Shown: positions 1-10,770 of the stretch, one piece after another
How the letters are laid out: every line of letters begins with the position of its first letter
Numbering within the stretch: the first letter of the stretch is position 1
Origin: a phage
NCBI GenBank assembly: GCA_036253055.1
Contig: GCA_036253055.1_4124.1
Direction: 5' to 3' (one strand)
DNA length: 64,000 nt
Position numbers and translations under genes: made by a program
Notes under the pieces: generated by a model
Database searches by the model: none
Told to the model about the DNA's origin: nothing
What the model saw: the letters and a program-made list of their open reading frames with translations, nothing else

Positions 1-23
1 AGTGTCGATGTTTCCTAAAATAT

Positions 24-542
24 CTAACATAACTTCTCCTTTATAGCTGTCATATTTAGAAGAAATTCAGTAAGCAATTCCTCCGTAACATGCTCTGTAT
101 ACCAGAATATCACAATATCTTTTGAAAGACGGGTATTCATAAAAATATCTACTAACTCTTTGTAGTACTCTAAATCATTAAGATCTTTTAAAATCAATGA
201 GTACTGAAAGAGTAATTCTTCAGTTAGATTAAATTCGGGATAGAGTAAATCATTAAATTCATGTGACGCTGTTTGAACTTTAATTTCTTTGAAATCATTT
301 GTTATTCCTCCACATGTTCCATATAAAGCTGCATAGTCCATGAATCTGGCTTTGGGGTTCAAGTCAAGAACCGTTTCCCCTTTATAGGATAAACGATGGA
401 ACGCAGAGAACTTGGTTAATTCCCACGGTTGCTTAATGCCTAATTCATGTATATCAATCCCACTGTACAAAATATCAGTGAATATCTCACCAATCGTCAA
501 TAATAATTTAGTACGTGCTAGTACTGTCATAGGTTCAATCAT
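24..542 (-). CDS. Family-A FQ-core paralog, function unknown
   Basis: Track ORF 172 aa; core TEELLFQYSLI; tandem same-strand packing. Confidence 0.65.
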   Translation of the reverse strand: MIEPMTVLARTKLLLTIGEIFTDILYSGIDIHELGIKQPWELTKFSAFHRLSYKGETVLDLNPKARFMDYAALYGTCGGITNDFKEIKVQTASHEFNDLLYPEFNLTEELLFQYSLILKDLNDLEYYKELVDIFMNTRLSKDIVIFWYTEHVTEELLTEFLLNMTAIKEKLC

Positions 543-955
543 TATACACCTTCATATTCATCAAGGAAATCTTCGATGATCATTTCAGCTTCATCCATAT
601 GCATCGCATCAACTTCAATAATACGAATTTTAGATGTATCCCAAATCATAAAGCTAGGAACATTGTCTGGCTCGTAATCATTTTTGTACTGAACAGCATC
701 ATAACCTTGAGCCGTGCAATTCTCAATAAGTGAACGCCACTCATCATCACTGCCTAAATCTTCACACAGAAGCACGTTATCAACATCAACTTCTAAGGTA
801 TGCAAGTATACTGTACATGCGTCAACAACGTTTAGTGGGCTTCTCAGCTTGCGTAATGCAGCTTCCAAAGCACTGTGTTTGCCTCCCATATGAAGTCCAC
901 CATACGGGATATAAAAGTTATCAATTTTTACAGTACTCGCATGATACAGTTTCAT
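542..955 (-). CDS. Hypothetical protein (137 aa), no FQ core
   Basis: Track ORF; ATGA overlap with upstream gene; in operon context. Confidence 0.55.
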   Translation of the reverse strand: MKLYHASTVKIDNFYIPYGGLHMGGKHSALEAALRKLRSPLNVVDACTVYLHTLEVDVDNVLLCEDLGSDDEWRSLIENCTAQGYDAVQYKNDYEPDNVPSFMIWDTSKIRIIEVDAMHMDEAEMIIEDFLDEYEGV

Positions 956-964
956 ATTTCATTC

Positions 965-1549
965 CTATTTCAGTACTTTAGTCAATGCTTTCACAGCGGT
1001 TTCGAGTTGAGCATAGTCGTTAATTGTAAGGTAATGAATACCATGTGCATTCATTTCAGCATCTATTTTACTATATAAATCAAACATGTCAAGGATATGA
1101 TTGTATGCATATGAAGTATTTGAAACACACAATTCTTGGAACAAACGTTCTTCCAAGTCATTCACAACTTCTCCATGAATGTCAAGTACTACACCATCTT
1201 TGTAAGTGTAGTATTCTTCACTCCACTCTTCAGAAAGTCGGAACAGTAACGGATTCCCGCCGAACACTTCCATGTCATAGGAATTTATCTCACTAAGTAG
1301 TGTTTCACCTGGTTCTGGTGTGAAGTCGAAATATGCGAGTGTTGAACCATCATAGTCCTTGAGTGATATACCAGCATGATTTAAGCTTACTTCACCATAA
1401 TTATTATTCTTGAACTTGATTTTGATATTAATCTCAATGTATTTTATTGTCTCATCATCACTGAAATTGTAATCAATTTTATACTTTTCCCAAAGAAGTT
1501 TGATATCTTTGAAGTACTTTAATTTACTTTCAATTTCTTTAAAGTCCAT
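965..1549 (-). CDS. Family-A FQ-core paralog
   Basis: Core LEERLFQELCV. Confidence 0.6.
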   Translation of the reverse strand: MDFKEIESKLKYFKDIKLLWEKYKIDYNFSDDETIKYIEINIKIKFKNNNYGEVSLNHAGISLKDYDGSTLAYFDFTPEPGETLLSEINSYDMEVFGGNPLLFRLSEEWSEEYYTYKDGVVLDIHGEVVNDLEERLFQELCVSNTSYAYNHILDMFDLYSKIDAEMNAHGIHYLTINDYAQLETAVKALTKVLK

Positions 1550-2141
1550 CTGGAACCACCATTTCTTGAATGTGCTTACATTTTATATTTGCCATATTAG
1601 TATGCAATATAAGGGTGTGATTACGCAATGATTTTACTTTGTAGCACTCATTGAGTACTGAAATAATTCCCCATAACTCTTCTACACTAATAGTGATAGG
1701 TTCACTTGTACTCAGTTGCATTAGTGCTGCTTCAACATCATCTTTGTTATTAATAGTGAACTGAATTCCTCTTTTGAGAATTTTAGTTTTTGGATTGTAT
1801 TCAGCTAATACATCACCTTCTGGATAACCCTCATGAAGTAATAATGTTGTTTCAAAATCACCGCAGTTGAAGTTAATTTCATCATAATCAGGTACACAAA
1901 TGTTTCCTTCCCCGTACTCATTAGGTTCAGATTCTAGTGTTAAAATACGCTGAGTCTCATTGCTCAGGATGATAGAATCATTCCAGTACTGGGTAGTGAA
2001 TGCTCTACGTTTCTTTTGAAAGCACATACTCGACATTGACCCATACTTCTTGTATATGGACTTCTTGAACTCAATAGCAGCAGGAGCCACCTTGATAACT
2101 TCACGAATTAAGTCAATAGCTTCTTGATAACTTTTTCTCAT
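1539..2141 (-). CDS. Family-A-like paralog (degenerate core)
   Basis: Core-like VEAALMQLSTS; 200-aa ORF. Confidence 0.55.
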   Translation of the reverse strand: MRKSYQEAIDLIREVIKVAPAAIEFKKSIYKKYGSMSSMCFQKKRRAFTTQYWNDSIILSNETQRILTLESEPNEYGEGNICVPDYDEINFNCGDFETTLLLHEGYPEGDVLAEYNPKTKILKRGIQFTINNKDDVEAALMQLSTSEPITISVEELWGIISVLNECYKVKSLRNHTLILHTNMANIKCKHIQEMVVPDGL

Positions 2142-2689
2142 TTATCGTATCCATATAAAATATGATCTAGTGTACTTTGGACTTCTTCATGAAAGAATGA
2201 AGGGTAAACTTGTATTAATTTATCTTTAAGTTCAAGGGAATGGCATAGTTCTAATGTTTTGTAACAATCCTCGTACTGTGCCAGAACATGCAATGTACTT
2301 AACTGAAAATGTTGTTCTTCGGAGTACAATAAATCATAAACCATATTATCGGATAAAAGATTAGATTTGATTGAAGGATCAAGTACTGTCTGATGGTGAC
2401 CAACCCAAAAGATAGCTTTGGAGTTAATGTTATTACAACCCCATCCTTTCCCCATCTTTTGGTGAATAGCAAATACACAGGAATCATACAAATTAATGTT
2501 CAGACGTTCTTCGTCTGCATGGATAGTTACACCATCAATAGATAGTGTATATTTGAAATCCATAGCCCCCTCACTTCGTGCACGGGAACTAAAGACGAGA
2601 TATCGATGAATTATGGTATTGATTTTATCTGCCCATCCTTCAACACATTTGGATGCACATAATGTAAAAAGATCATGATTGTAGTTCAT
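2138..2689 (-). CDS. Family-A FQ-core paralog
   Basis: Core SEEQHFQLSTL; SD AAGGAG before ATG. Confidence 0.65.
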   Translation of the reverse strand: MNYNHDLFTLCASKCVEGWADKINTIIHRYLVFSSRARSEGAMDFKYTLSIDGVTIHADEERLNINLYDSCVFAIHQKMGKGWGCNNINSKAIFWVGHHQTVLDPSIKSNLLSDNMVYDLLYSEEQHFQLSTLHVLAQYEDCYKTLELCHSLELKDKLIQVYPSFFHEEVQSTLDHILYGYDK

Positions 2690-2704
2690 AAAATTCTCCT
2701 TGAG

Positions 2705-2740
2705 AACAATGTATCATACAAAAAAACCAGAGTCAACCCC
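2705..2740 (-). terminator. Intrinsic terminator (hairpin ACCAGGGgttgacTCTGGT + T7)
   Basis: Stem-loop followed by TTTTTTTG on minus strand, just after stop of gene 2751-3332. Confidence 0.5.
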
Positions 2741-2750
2741 TGGTACAAAT

Positions 2751-3332
2751 TTAATCCATCATAAGTGGGATGATTGCCCATATCTTTTTCATAATCATAT
2801 CTTCAGTAAAAACAAATGTTTTAGGAGCAGTATATGATATTGACACACCAAATGGAAGTTTGATTGCATCATCAATTATATTATGAATATCAAACCATGT
2901 TTTAACATAATCATATGGTGGAAGTTCATGAATTGTACTTAACTGAAAGTAATGTTCTTCACCAAAATCATTATATTCAATTTCACAAATTTTAGTGAAT
3001 TGTTGATTCCATTTAGATATAATACTATTTTTATTATTGTACATAGTAGTTCTATGCATAAAACCATTTTTGCTAGTATGATTTGATATTATGTTTTCTT
3101 CAATGTCAGTATCTATTTTAAAATTCATATCAAAGTTGTAGTACGGACTCGAAGATTCTTTGAATTTTAAATGTAAATTACGATTGTTATTAATTTCAAT
3201 TTCAATACAAAACACATCTGAATCAAAACGATTAAACTTGTAATCGTTATCTTCCGGTAGATTCTGTATTTTTTTCATAATACTAAGCATAGGGTGTACT
3301 ACACTTTTAATAAAATCATTTGTTATTTTCAT
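2751..3332 (-). CDS. Family-A FQ-core paralog
   Basis: Core GEEHYFQLSTI. Confidence 0.65.
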   Translation of the reverse strand: MKITNDFIKSVVHPMLSIMKKIQNLPEDNDYKFNRFDSDVFCIEIEINNNRNLHLKFKESSSPYYNFDMNFKIDTDIEENIISNHTSKNGFMHRTTMYNNKNSIISKWNQQFTKICEIEYNDFGEEHYFQLSTIHELPPYDYVKTWFDIHNIIDDAIKLPFGVSISYTAPKTFVFTEDMIMKKIWAIIPLMMD

Positions 3333-3825
3333 AGTATTCCTTTAGAACTTTATATGATTCAACAATACTATCTTGTGTATAATTTGAACTATATACAACA
3401 GCACTTGTTTTAGTTGACCATAGATATGACATAAAGGTTATAACACTACTACATGGACTTAATGTATTGTTTTGAAATTCAATTTCTTCAATGTTATCAG
3501 TACTGGTATAGATGAATTGGAAAGTATCCATTGATTTATTGGACAGCGATACTATAGTAGAATCCGTACCAGGACTATACATGAATGTCTCATTGCTAAT
3601 AGTACTATCATTAGTATATGATGGTTTAGGAATATAAATCAAACGCATGATATCACGCTCCAGACCTGACTTATTACTTTCCACCAAAGAAATCATATCT
3701 ATATTTGTTATATGTTCAACACTGACATGGAACTTTTTGTTTAGAATTACATCTTTTGGAGAATTTTTATATGAAGATAAGATCTCATACATCTCAACTA
3801 ATTCTCGTGCATTTAATAAACTCAT
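3316..3825 (-). CDS. Family-A FQ-core paralog
   Basis: Core EEIEFQNNTL. Confidence 0.6.
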   Translation of the reverse strand: MSLLNARELVEMYEILSSYKNSPKDVILNKKFHVSVEHITNIDMISLVESNKSGLERDIMRLIYIPKPSYTNDSTISNETFMYSPGTDSTIVSLSNKSMDTFQFIYTSTDNIEEIEFQNNTLSPCSSVITFMSYLWSTKTSAVVYSSNYTQDSIVESYKVLKEYYENNK

Positions 3826-4250
3826 GTTTTGTCTCTTAATGAAAGAATATCCTTAGTATAAACTGAAACAGAAATATGATTATATTTCATCATTAATTTA
3901 TACACATAAGAAGCTAGTACTAAATCGTAAATTAATTTAGTATTATATAGTACTTGGTATTGTAACGCAAGTGAATCAATATCATCTTTACTTTCAATAT
4001 CCAGAAATGTACCAAAAATTGTAGTACCGTGGAGATGAAAAGTGGAATTAATGCAATCAATGCATTCATTGTCCAACAGAGTAGATGCTGATGCCCTCGG
4101 TGAATCCCAAATAGTCACTGCGTGTATGCCCTCAACGAACAAATCTATCCATATTTTGTGTCGTTGTCTTTTTTTTGTTTTATAATTTTCTGGATTTGAA
4201 AGTGTAGTTTCAATTATATCCCATATGTACAAACAATCATCTCTTGTCAT
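3822..4250 (-). CDS. Hypothetical protein, family-A-like size and context
   Basis: 142-aa ORF, ATGA overlap both sides. Confidence 0.55.
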   Translation of the reverse strand: MTRDDCLYIWDIIETTLSNPENYKTKKRQRHKIWIDLFVEGIHAVTIWDSPRASASTLLDNECIDCINSTFHLHGTTIFGTFLDIESKDDIDSLALQYQVLYNTKLIYDLVLASYVYKLMMKYNHISVSVYTKDILSLRDKT

Positions 4251-4828
4251 TATAGCACCTTATCCATTGCTGCATTTAATGCTGTTAAACGATCTACATT
4301 CAAATTATTGAAGATGTATGTTCCTAACATGTGGAAATCGAACTGGAACTTTTTGTATTCATGATAAATTAAACTACAAAAAATAACAGTACTAAGAACC
4401 TCTTCAGGTATAACAGTGCTCATCTGGAACAGTTCTTCTTCAACTGTACTTGAATCTGGATTGATAGCTTTTAACACATACTCTTCATCACCGAATAGTA
4501 CTTTAATATTATATAAAACACTAATAGTACTAATATGGAATGGGTGGTGTGAAAAACTTCCATCATCCTTAATTTGTATATCGGTTCTAATCTCACACTC
4601 TTCATTACTTTTATTTTTATTTTTTACAATACAAATATTTCTAGCCCCAGAAATAGTAAGAATACCGTGATCGTAATATTCATTGGACCAACATTTAGAT
4701 GAAATTGCTACATCACGGATGAGGTATTGTTTTTCAATTTCTTTTGCACTACTAACAATTGATAACATTTTTGTACTGATATCATATAATAACTGATGGC
4801 GTTCTGTCATATAACTATAAGCGTTCAT
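4250..4828 (-). CDS. Family-A FQ-core paralog
   Basis: Core VEEELFQMSTV. Confidence 0.65.
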   Translation of the reverse strand: MNAYSYMTERHQLLYDISTKMLSIVSSAKEIEKQYLIRDVAISSKCWSNEYYDHGILTISGARNICIVKNKNKSNEECEIRTDIQIKDDGSFSHHPFHISTISVLYNIKVLFGDEEYVLKAINPDSSTVEEELFQMSTVIPEEVLSTVIFCSLIYHEYKKFQFDFHMLGTYIFNNLNVDRLTALNAAMDKVL

Positions 4829-5399
4829 ATTTTTCCTTAACCGATTCTATATTTTGAAGTAGTGTATTCAGAACATCAGTCTTGTAATTGATAAAATCAT
4901 TGTACATAACTAGTTCACCACAATCAAGAACTTTTGCAGTATCGTAACAAAGCATTAAGTACTCGAATTCTTTGTAATTGTCCAACAATGATTTCTGGAA
5001 AATGAATGCATCTCGAATATCTTCACTTTGGTCTAATTCTGGTGGAACATCCAACCCAATAAAACCATCATCTTCACTGAAATCAGATTCTACAATTTTA
5101 TTCATTTTTTCATGTAATGCATTCGCAAATACCATATTAGAAGAAATAGAACCAATACGTTCACGATTTCTGGATGTGCGAATGTACATAGTAATCGTAT
5201 CCCATGAACTTTTAATTTTTTTAGAAAATTCATAAGTTTTATATACATCCAACTGAACTGAACCAAAACGATGTTTGGATTTGTTTTCAATTTTCAGTCG
5301 ATAATCACCAAATTCAACAATTTCTGTAATGTCATGAATCTCTGAAAGTTCTGCAATGTCATGCATGAGTCTCAAAATTTTAGTTCTGATATGGTTCAT
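4815..5399 (-). CDS. Family-A FQ-core paralog
   Basis: Core RDAFIFQKSLL. Confidence 0.6.
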   Translation of the reverse strand: MNHIRTKILRLMHDIAELSEIHDITEIVEFGDYRLKIENKSKHRFGSVQLDVYKTYEFSKKIKSSWDTITMYIRTSRNRERIGSISSNMVFANALHEKMNKIVESDFSEDDGFIGLDVPPELDQSEDIRDAFIFQKSLLDNYKEFEYLMLCYDTAKVLDCGELVMYNDFINYKTDVLNTLLQNIESVKEKYERL

Positions 5400-5962
5400 T
5401 GTGCATCCTCGAATTTAACAGGTACATGTTCATTAATGAAATTCTTAAGAGCCTGTACTAAATCCTCTAATTCTTTTGTACTGTATTTTAAAATAGTTTT
5501 AAAGTGAATCAAATCTTTTCTTTCCATGATCTTTGGAATTTTATATGCTAACTCTAAACAGCGTACAGTACTGGCATCATACAAAAGGTTTGCGTTGAAC
5601 ATTAGCACATTGTATTCATCAGATGAAATTTTATAATTATATGTATCAATCACTTCATGTGTGTATAAATTCTTATACACAATTTTATTCTCACTGAAGT
5701 TTGAGCAAACACACAGATAATCGTTGTAAAATGAAGAACGATAATCTTGTTTACGTTGTACATCTGCTATGATTTGTAATACTGTATATTTTTCTTCAGA
5801 ATCCAACTCAATGTTAGCATAACTGCTCGCAGTTTCAGATACAAGGATATTGATGTTATATTTCTCATTAACTTTAATGTACTGGCGTGAACCAGTATCA
5901 GGAATGAACTTAAAACAATGCTTCAGAAGTAAGGTAACTTCTTTAATTAATTCAGTACTCAT
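5396..5962 (-). CDS. Hypothetical protein (188 aa), family-A context
   Basis: SD CAGGAGAAGA before ATG; own promoter upstream. Confidence 0.6.
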   Translation of the reverse strand: MSTELIKEVTLLLKHCFKFIPDTGSRQYIKVNEKYNINILVSETASSYANIELDSEEKYTVLQIIADVQRKQDYRSSFYNDYLCVCSNFSENKIVYKNLYTHEVIDTYNYKISSDEYNVLMFNANLLYDASTVRCLELAYKIPKIMERKDLIHFKTILKYSTKELEDLVQALKNFINEHVPVKFEDAQ

Positions 5963-5989
5963 ATCTTCTCCTGTACTCTATTAAAAGCG

Positions 5990-6018
5990 ATTATAACACA
6001 TCTGAATGCTACTGTAAA
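5990..6018 (-). promoter_or_regulatory. Sigma70-like promoter (TTTACA-N17-TATAAT)
   Basis: Hexamers read on minus strand upstream of gene 5396-5962. Confidence 0.5.
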
Positions 6019-6027
6019 GACGTAAAC

Positions 6028-6058
6028 ACAAAAAGACCCAATACGGGTCTTTATTTTG
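6028..6058 (-). terminator. Intrinsic terminator (GACCCgtattGGGTC + T-run), bidirectional
   Basis: Hairpin flanked by A5 and T-rich tracts, directly after stop at 6051. Confidence 0.6.
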
Positions 6059-6569
6059 GTAAAACACTGTCAATGTACGCTAGAGCTTCATCTCTGAGGT
6101 ATGTTCCATCTATCGTTAGGTAATAGTTCATGGGAATATCACTCCCAACCTTCTCATAAATTTTCATACATGATATCACATCTTCATCACAAATGGTACT
6201 CAATTGAAAAAGTACTTCATCAGTTAAAGGTACGATATCATGTTTAGATATAGGATTGGTATTTTCATTTAAAACAATATCAAACAAGTTGGGAGTATTC
6301 TTTGACGAAATGTAACGATGTTTACTACGAATTACCATTCTCGATAGTGAAATACTGGAACTCCATCTTGGGTCCACATCTTCGTATGATAATGAAACTA
6401 ACATTTCATAATAATCTTGGAATTTCATTGATGCATAATATGTTTTTTCCTCACCGTACATTCCAAATGATTTGAATTCAATGTCACCTATATTGTGTGT
6501 ATCACTGGCACTATTCACGAAATTTAACAGACTGTTGATTAGTCTAATTAGAATATCATCTTTATCCAT
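6051..6569 (-). CDS. Family-A FQ-core paralog
   Basis: Core TDEVLFQLSTI; start moved to ATG 6569 (SD GGAG, avoids 56-nt overlap). Confidence 0.6.
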   Translation of the reverse strand: MDKDDILIRLINSLLNFVNSASDTHNIGDIEFKSFGMYGEEKTYYASMKFQDYYEMLVSLSYEDVDPRWSSSISLSRMVIRSKHRYISSKNTPNLFDIVLNENTNPISKHDIVPLTDEVLFQLSTICDEDVISCMKIYEKVGSDIPMNYYLTIDGTYLRDEALAYIDSVLPK

Positions 6570-7125
6570 TCTTAAATAACTCCAAGTGCATGTCGTATAA
6601 ATCTCTGAAGTCTTCATAGAAATCTTTTTCTACCAGAATATCCTTTAAACTAGGAAACTCTTCCATAATTTCTTCTATATCCGATTCTATGAAAAACCCT
6701 GATGGTTTATCGTAGTTTTGTAACAGATAACTGAAAGTAATAATGTAAAGAAGTTCATTAGGATTGTGAATTAAACTTAGCTGGAACATAGCTGATTCTA
6801 AATCGGATTCAGTACTAAGATCAACCCAACGTGAATTTCTATAATCAATTCGTACTTGACTTGTATTTGGATTCCATGTGAAGCAATGTGTACCAATATG
6901 ACCTATACAACCAACCCTTGTACTGTCTCCGGTATCAACACTGATATCAACAAATAGTTCAACACAGATATCGGATGATGTTACACGACCTTTTTTCAGA
7001 AATAAATCATTATCCTTACGAAATTGTTTGGATGAAAGAGTGTCAATGATGCACATCAATGTTTTTGCAAATGCAACACAATGACGAAATTCAAGCCTAT
7101 GAAATTGGTAATCATTGATATTCAT
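6562..7125 (-). CDS. Family-A FQ-core paralog
   Basis: Core LESAMFQLSLI. Confidence 0.65.
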   Translation of the reverse strand: MNINDYQFHRLEFRHCVAFAKTLMCIIDTLSSKQFRKDNDLFLKKGRVTSSDICVELFVDISVDTGDSTRVGCIGHIGTHCFTWNPNTSQVRIDYRNSRWVDLSTESDLESAMFQLSLIHNPNELLYIITFSYLLQNYDKPSGFFIESDIEEIMEEFPSLKDILVEKDFYEDFRDLYDMHLELFKNG

Positions 7126-7664
7126 AATTCAACCCCCAATATTTTATCAGCAATTGATATAACCTTATCATTGAATACATTACCAATCTCAATCCTTATA
7201 TACATAGCAGGTGGAATCTTTCCTTGTAGTGAATAATATGTTTGTATACCTAAGTACTCATTATCTGATAATGAAAATTTGATTCTCTCCATATCAATGT
7301 CTGTTACTGGTAAATCAATCATTTCATAATGGTAGTCAACGTTTTCAGTGTATATTTTATCGAAGTAATTTGAATAATCACTACTAATATAGATGCTATC
7401 ATCACGAATAATCACTTTATAATCAGAAGGTTCAAATTTATCTTTAGAAGAAAAGAATGCATCATCTATCTTCTCTTCTCTTATACCGAATAACATTTTA
7501 CCATCATATTTTACATCAAGAATACTACCTAGTATATTAATGGTACAATGCTCATCAATATTATGACGTAAAGAACGAGTCTTGTATTTTGGGTTAATGA
7601 AAATTTTCATTAATTTTATACAAATGTCAGTAATGCATTTTACATTCTCATTTTCTATGTACAT
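7122..7664 (-). CDS. Hypothetical protein, family-A context
   Basis: 180-aa ORF with ATGA overlaps. Confidence 0.55.
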   Translation of the reverse strand: MYIENENVKCITDICIKLMKIFINPKYKTRSLRHNIDEHCTINILGSILDVKYDGKMLFGIREEKIDDAFFSSKDKFEPSDYKVIIRDDSIYISSDYSNYFDKIYTENVDYHYEMIDLPVTDIDMERIKFSLSDNEYLGIQTYYSLQGKIPPAMYIRIEIGNVFNDKVISIADKILGVEL

Positions 7665-8151
7665 TAAAAGCCCTCTTTAATTCTTTTACATTTTTAATGA
7701 ATACTTTCATTGCAGAAATCTCAAAAGATAATGTATTAAATTTGCAGTACTTTTTAAAGTACGACATTATGAATAACATTTTGAGTTCTTTTTCTGTATA
7801 AATTAAACTGTTTTGAAAGTAACTTTCTTCGGAAATGTCCGTAAGAAAAGAATAAAATGTATTTTGCTTGTGCACAATTTTAATACTATCAGACCAAGAT
7901 TTGTATGAAACGTAATCAGTACGTGCAAAATCATATAGTGAATTAGATGTATCTGTGTATGTTTCCGAGAACACAATCTTATATATCTTATCGTGAATTC
8001 GAGAACATATGTACCTATGGTCATCTGTCTCACTTATTGCAATGTATCTATGGAGTAAATCTTTATGAGCATTGATGAACTCAAACACTTCTAAACACTC
8101 CTTAGCGAACTTCATAGTTTCTCTGTACTTTCGGTTCATTAGTCTCTCCAA
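7648..8151 (-). CDS. Family-A FQ-core paralog
   Basis: Core SEESYFQNSLI. Confidence 0.65.
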   Translation of the reverse strand: MERLMNRKYRETMKFAKECLEVFEFINAHKDLLHRYIAISETDDHRYICSRIHDKIYKIVFSETYTDTSNSLYDFARTDYVSYKSWSDSIKIVHKQNTFYSFLTDISEESYFQNSLIYTEKELKMLFIMSYFKKYCKFNTLSFEISAMKVFIKNVKELKRAFNVHRK

Positions 8152-8552
8152 ACTTTACCAGGGAAGTGTTTTTCGTAGTACTCATCATCACTTAACATAT
8201 AATCAGGAGTTTCTACTTCTATGGTTTTGAAGATTGTTTCTGGAATGTGTGTGACTTTATTGGGTTGTACTTTATGTTCGCGTAAAACCTTCTGTATCGC
8301 TCCTAGACGTTGTAAATCGATACATGTAGGAAGAACTAAGCTGTACTGGAATAACTCATCAGGGGTCATTATAGACACATCCTTAGCTTGTTTGATTTTA
8401 TTGTTGGCATCAATGAATATATCAAATCCATGTACAGCATTATAGCTTACATAGGTTGTTTTATTTTTGTCAATAGGAGCACTTAAACGATATCCATATA
8501 CCCCGTGTTGATCAACAAGACAGCGTTGCATAATTTTAATCATTTCTAACAT
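8139..8552 (-). CDS. Family-A FQ-core paralog
   Basis: Core TPDELFQYSLV. Confidence 0.65.
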   Translation of the reverse strand: MLEMIKIMQRCLVDQHGVYGYRLSAPIDKNKTTYVSYNAVHGFDIFIDANNKIKQAKDVSIMTPDELFQYSLVLPTCIDLQRLGAIQKVLREHKVQPNKVTHIPETIFKTIEVETPDYMLSDDEYYEKHFPGKVWRD

Positions 8553-8898
8553 AATTTACCTCATATGTATTGTAACACCACGGTTTAACAATATCTATTT
8601 GTATATCATTTGCTTCATGAAAATGTTTAAGTACCTTTTGGTATTCCATTATTTCGTACACATCTTCAGTACTTATAGTGTTCTCCTGAAACAATTCCTC
8701 TTCTGATAAAGTACTATAATCAGGGATTTTTATTTCTGAATATATATCATTTATCTTTCCATTATTTTGATAAATCTGAATATAAAATTGATTGTACTCT
8801 GGAATATAGGTTACATAATGGTTGTAGTTGATTACATATCTTGAAACAAAGTATTCAGAACCATCAGTCATGTACTGAATTGTTTTCTTATTTTGCAT
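8536..8898 (-). CDS. Family-A FQ-core paralog
   Basis: Core SEEELFQENTI. Confidence 0.65.
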   Translation of the reverse strand: MQNKKTIQYMTDGSEYFVSRYVINYNHYVTYIPEYNQFYIQIYQNNGKINDIYSEIKIPDYSTLSEEELFQENTISTEDVYEIMEYQKVLKHFHEANDIQIDIVKPWCYNTYEVNYVRND

Positions 8899-9358
8899 TC
8901 AAATAATCCACGCATTTATAGTAGACTGCTAAATCTAAAAAGAATCGTTGATTGTATTTGTAATGATTAAGTAGTGCACCATAAAATAACATAGCATTAA
9001 GTACTTTTACATCATGAATACAAGAACCCTGAAAGTACATTTCCTCTGACATGAAGACTAAATCATTATACGGAACAAATACTGCTTCTCTAAATGTATC
9101 AATATTAATCTTCAAATCAGACCCAGGGCAATATGAAATGTATTCGGCTTTGTAATGAAAGTCATTATCATCAAAGTACTCCGCGTAGATTTGATTACCT
9201 CTACCATTAGTAAATGCTAGTCTTCCTTTAGATGAACTGAACTCATCGTATTGAAACATACCACCAAAAGGCTTAGGACTTCTGAACTCCTTTGCAATGC
9301 GATAGATATTTTCTGTAAATTCTAAAACACCATAGTAATCATATTCTGTAGTAATCAT
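8888..9358 (-). CDS. Family-A FQ-core paralog
   Basis: Core SEEMYFQGSCI. Confidence 0.65.
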   Translation of the reverse strand: MITTEYDYYGVLEFTENIYRIAKEFRSPKPFGGMFQYDEFSSSKGRLAFTNGRGNQIYAEYFDDNDFHYKAEYISYCPGSDLKINIDTFREAVFVPYNDLVFMSEEMYFQGSCIHDVKVLNAMLFYGALLNHYKYNQRFFLDLAVYYKCVDYLNAK

Positions 9359-9831
9359 AAACCATTTTTCTCCAGGTACTCAATAATACAATCGACATTG
9401 TTCAGGTCCAAGTAGAAATGATCACTATCGGAATTTAGTTCATTTTTAAGGGCTGTTAAAATCACTGAACTGAAAACAATCCTCTCTGGATACACAGTAC
9501 TGTACTGGAAGAACTCTTCTTCATTGTTAATTACAATCGTATCAAAGTATTCTCCTATGAGAATACTATTGTAGTATTTGAAATTATCTGAACTTGGAAA
9601 ATGGTATGAAATAAAATCTCCGTTTGGTACAGTATCAAGTACTCTAATACCACAAGATGATTCATCTGAACTATAGAGTAACCCATCCATAAAGGAAAGG
9701 TATCCATTTCGTTTAATAACTTTATTTTTATCAATTAAAAAATCTTCAGTAACATTCGCAAGGAATTTATAAACCCTGATAATGTCTTTTGCTATTTTTT
9801 GTGCATTGGTGAATGTGAGTTCGTTGGACAT
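9355..9831 (-). CDS. Family-A FQ-core paralog
   Basis: Core NEEEFFQYSTV; start moved to internal ATG (MSNELTF..., matches N-termini of paralogs). Confidence 0.55.
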   Translation of the reverse strand: MSNELTFTNAQKIAKDIIRVYKFLANVTEDFLIDKNKVIKRNGYLSFMDGLLYSSDESSCGIRVLDTVPNGDFISYHFPSSDNFKYYNSILIGEYFDTIVINNEEEFFQYSTVYPERIVFSSVILTALKNELNSDSDHFYLDLNNVDCIIEYLEKNGL

Positions 9832-9890
9832 TGTGTTATAACCCTTTACAATTAATATAAAGGGATTATAACACAAAGAATCGGTGGGTG

Positions 9891-10427
9891 TCAAGAGGGA
9901 TTGCGAAGTTCTACCATTTCTTTCCAAACTAATTGGTAATCTTCTAAGTCCAGATAGAAGTCTTCATTCCAGTGCTCATGAAAGTACTTATACATGAATA
10001 GAACTCCTAAATCGTATGCAGGAAACAATAATGATAGTTGAAAGTAGTATTCCTGATTTAAAACTATATCAATGAACTCTAATGTACGTATGCCACCTTT
10101 CGATGAACGTATCTCAATGTGTGAGGTATCCTTTATACTGTAACACATGAAACCGCCTCTGAATTCTGGATCATATTCACATTCGAACTGCTCACTGTTG
10201 TTATAGAAATCTCTCCCACTTTCTTGATCTTTCGGTCTACGTACTGATACATGAATATTTTTATCACGGTACATTGAACGATTTAGTATTTTCAAACATT
10301 TGAACTTATCTTCTTTAATGAACTTGATAATATCAATTATATCTTGTGCTGTACTGATAGCTGATTCGAATGTATCCAACTTAAGATGATTATATTGGGT
10401 TCCAGAGTTCATTTTTTTATCTAACAT
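9891..10427 (-). CDS. Family-A FQ-core paralog
   Basis: Core NQEYYFQLSLL; start moved to ATG 10427 (SD TGAGGT). Confidence 0.55.
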   Translation of the reverse strand: MLDKKMNSGTQYNHLKLDTFESAISTAQDIIDIIKFIKEDKFKCLKILNRSMYRDKNIHVSVRRPKDQESGRDFYNNSEQFECEYDPEFRGGFMCYSIKDTSHIEIRSSKGGIRTLEFIDIVLNQEYYFQLSLLFPAYDLGVLFMYKYFHEHWNEDFYLDLEDYQLVWKEMVELRNPS

Positions 10428-10434
10428 ATAAACC

Positions 10435-10770
10435 TCATAATTCATACATTTTTGATTTGAACTGCATATGACCACCTATTTCACATGGATAACAATTCAT
10501 AATTTTGTTCAATAAAATCTGGTATTTTTTAATAACTTCTATATCAATTTTTATATTACTATTAAAAACTAATGATTCTTGAAATAATTCACCCTCGTCA
10601 AGTGAAGTAAAATCATTTATCTTCAACGGTATATTGTTGCATCGCAAGGAGAATGTATTTTCATCACGAATTAAAGTATAGAAATCATTATGTTTTTTAT
10701 TATAATCAAATTTCACAAGTAGTAGTTTAATATGAGTAGCGTACATTACTTTCACTAATTCAGTCTTCAT
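10435..10770 (-). CDS. Family-A short-form paralog
   Basis: Core DEGELFQESLV. Confidence 0.65.
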   Translation of the reverse strand: MKTELVKVMYATHIKLLLVKFDYNKKHNDFYTLIRDENTFSLRCNNIPLKINDFTSLDEGELFQESLVFNSNIKIDIEVIKKYQILLNKIMNCYPCEIGGHMQFKSKMYEL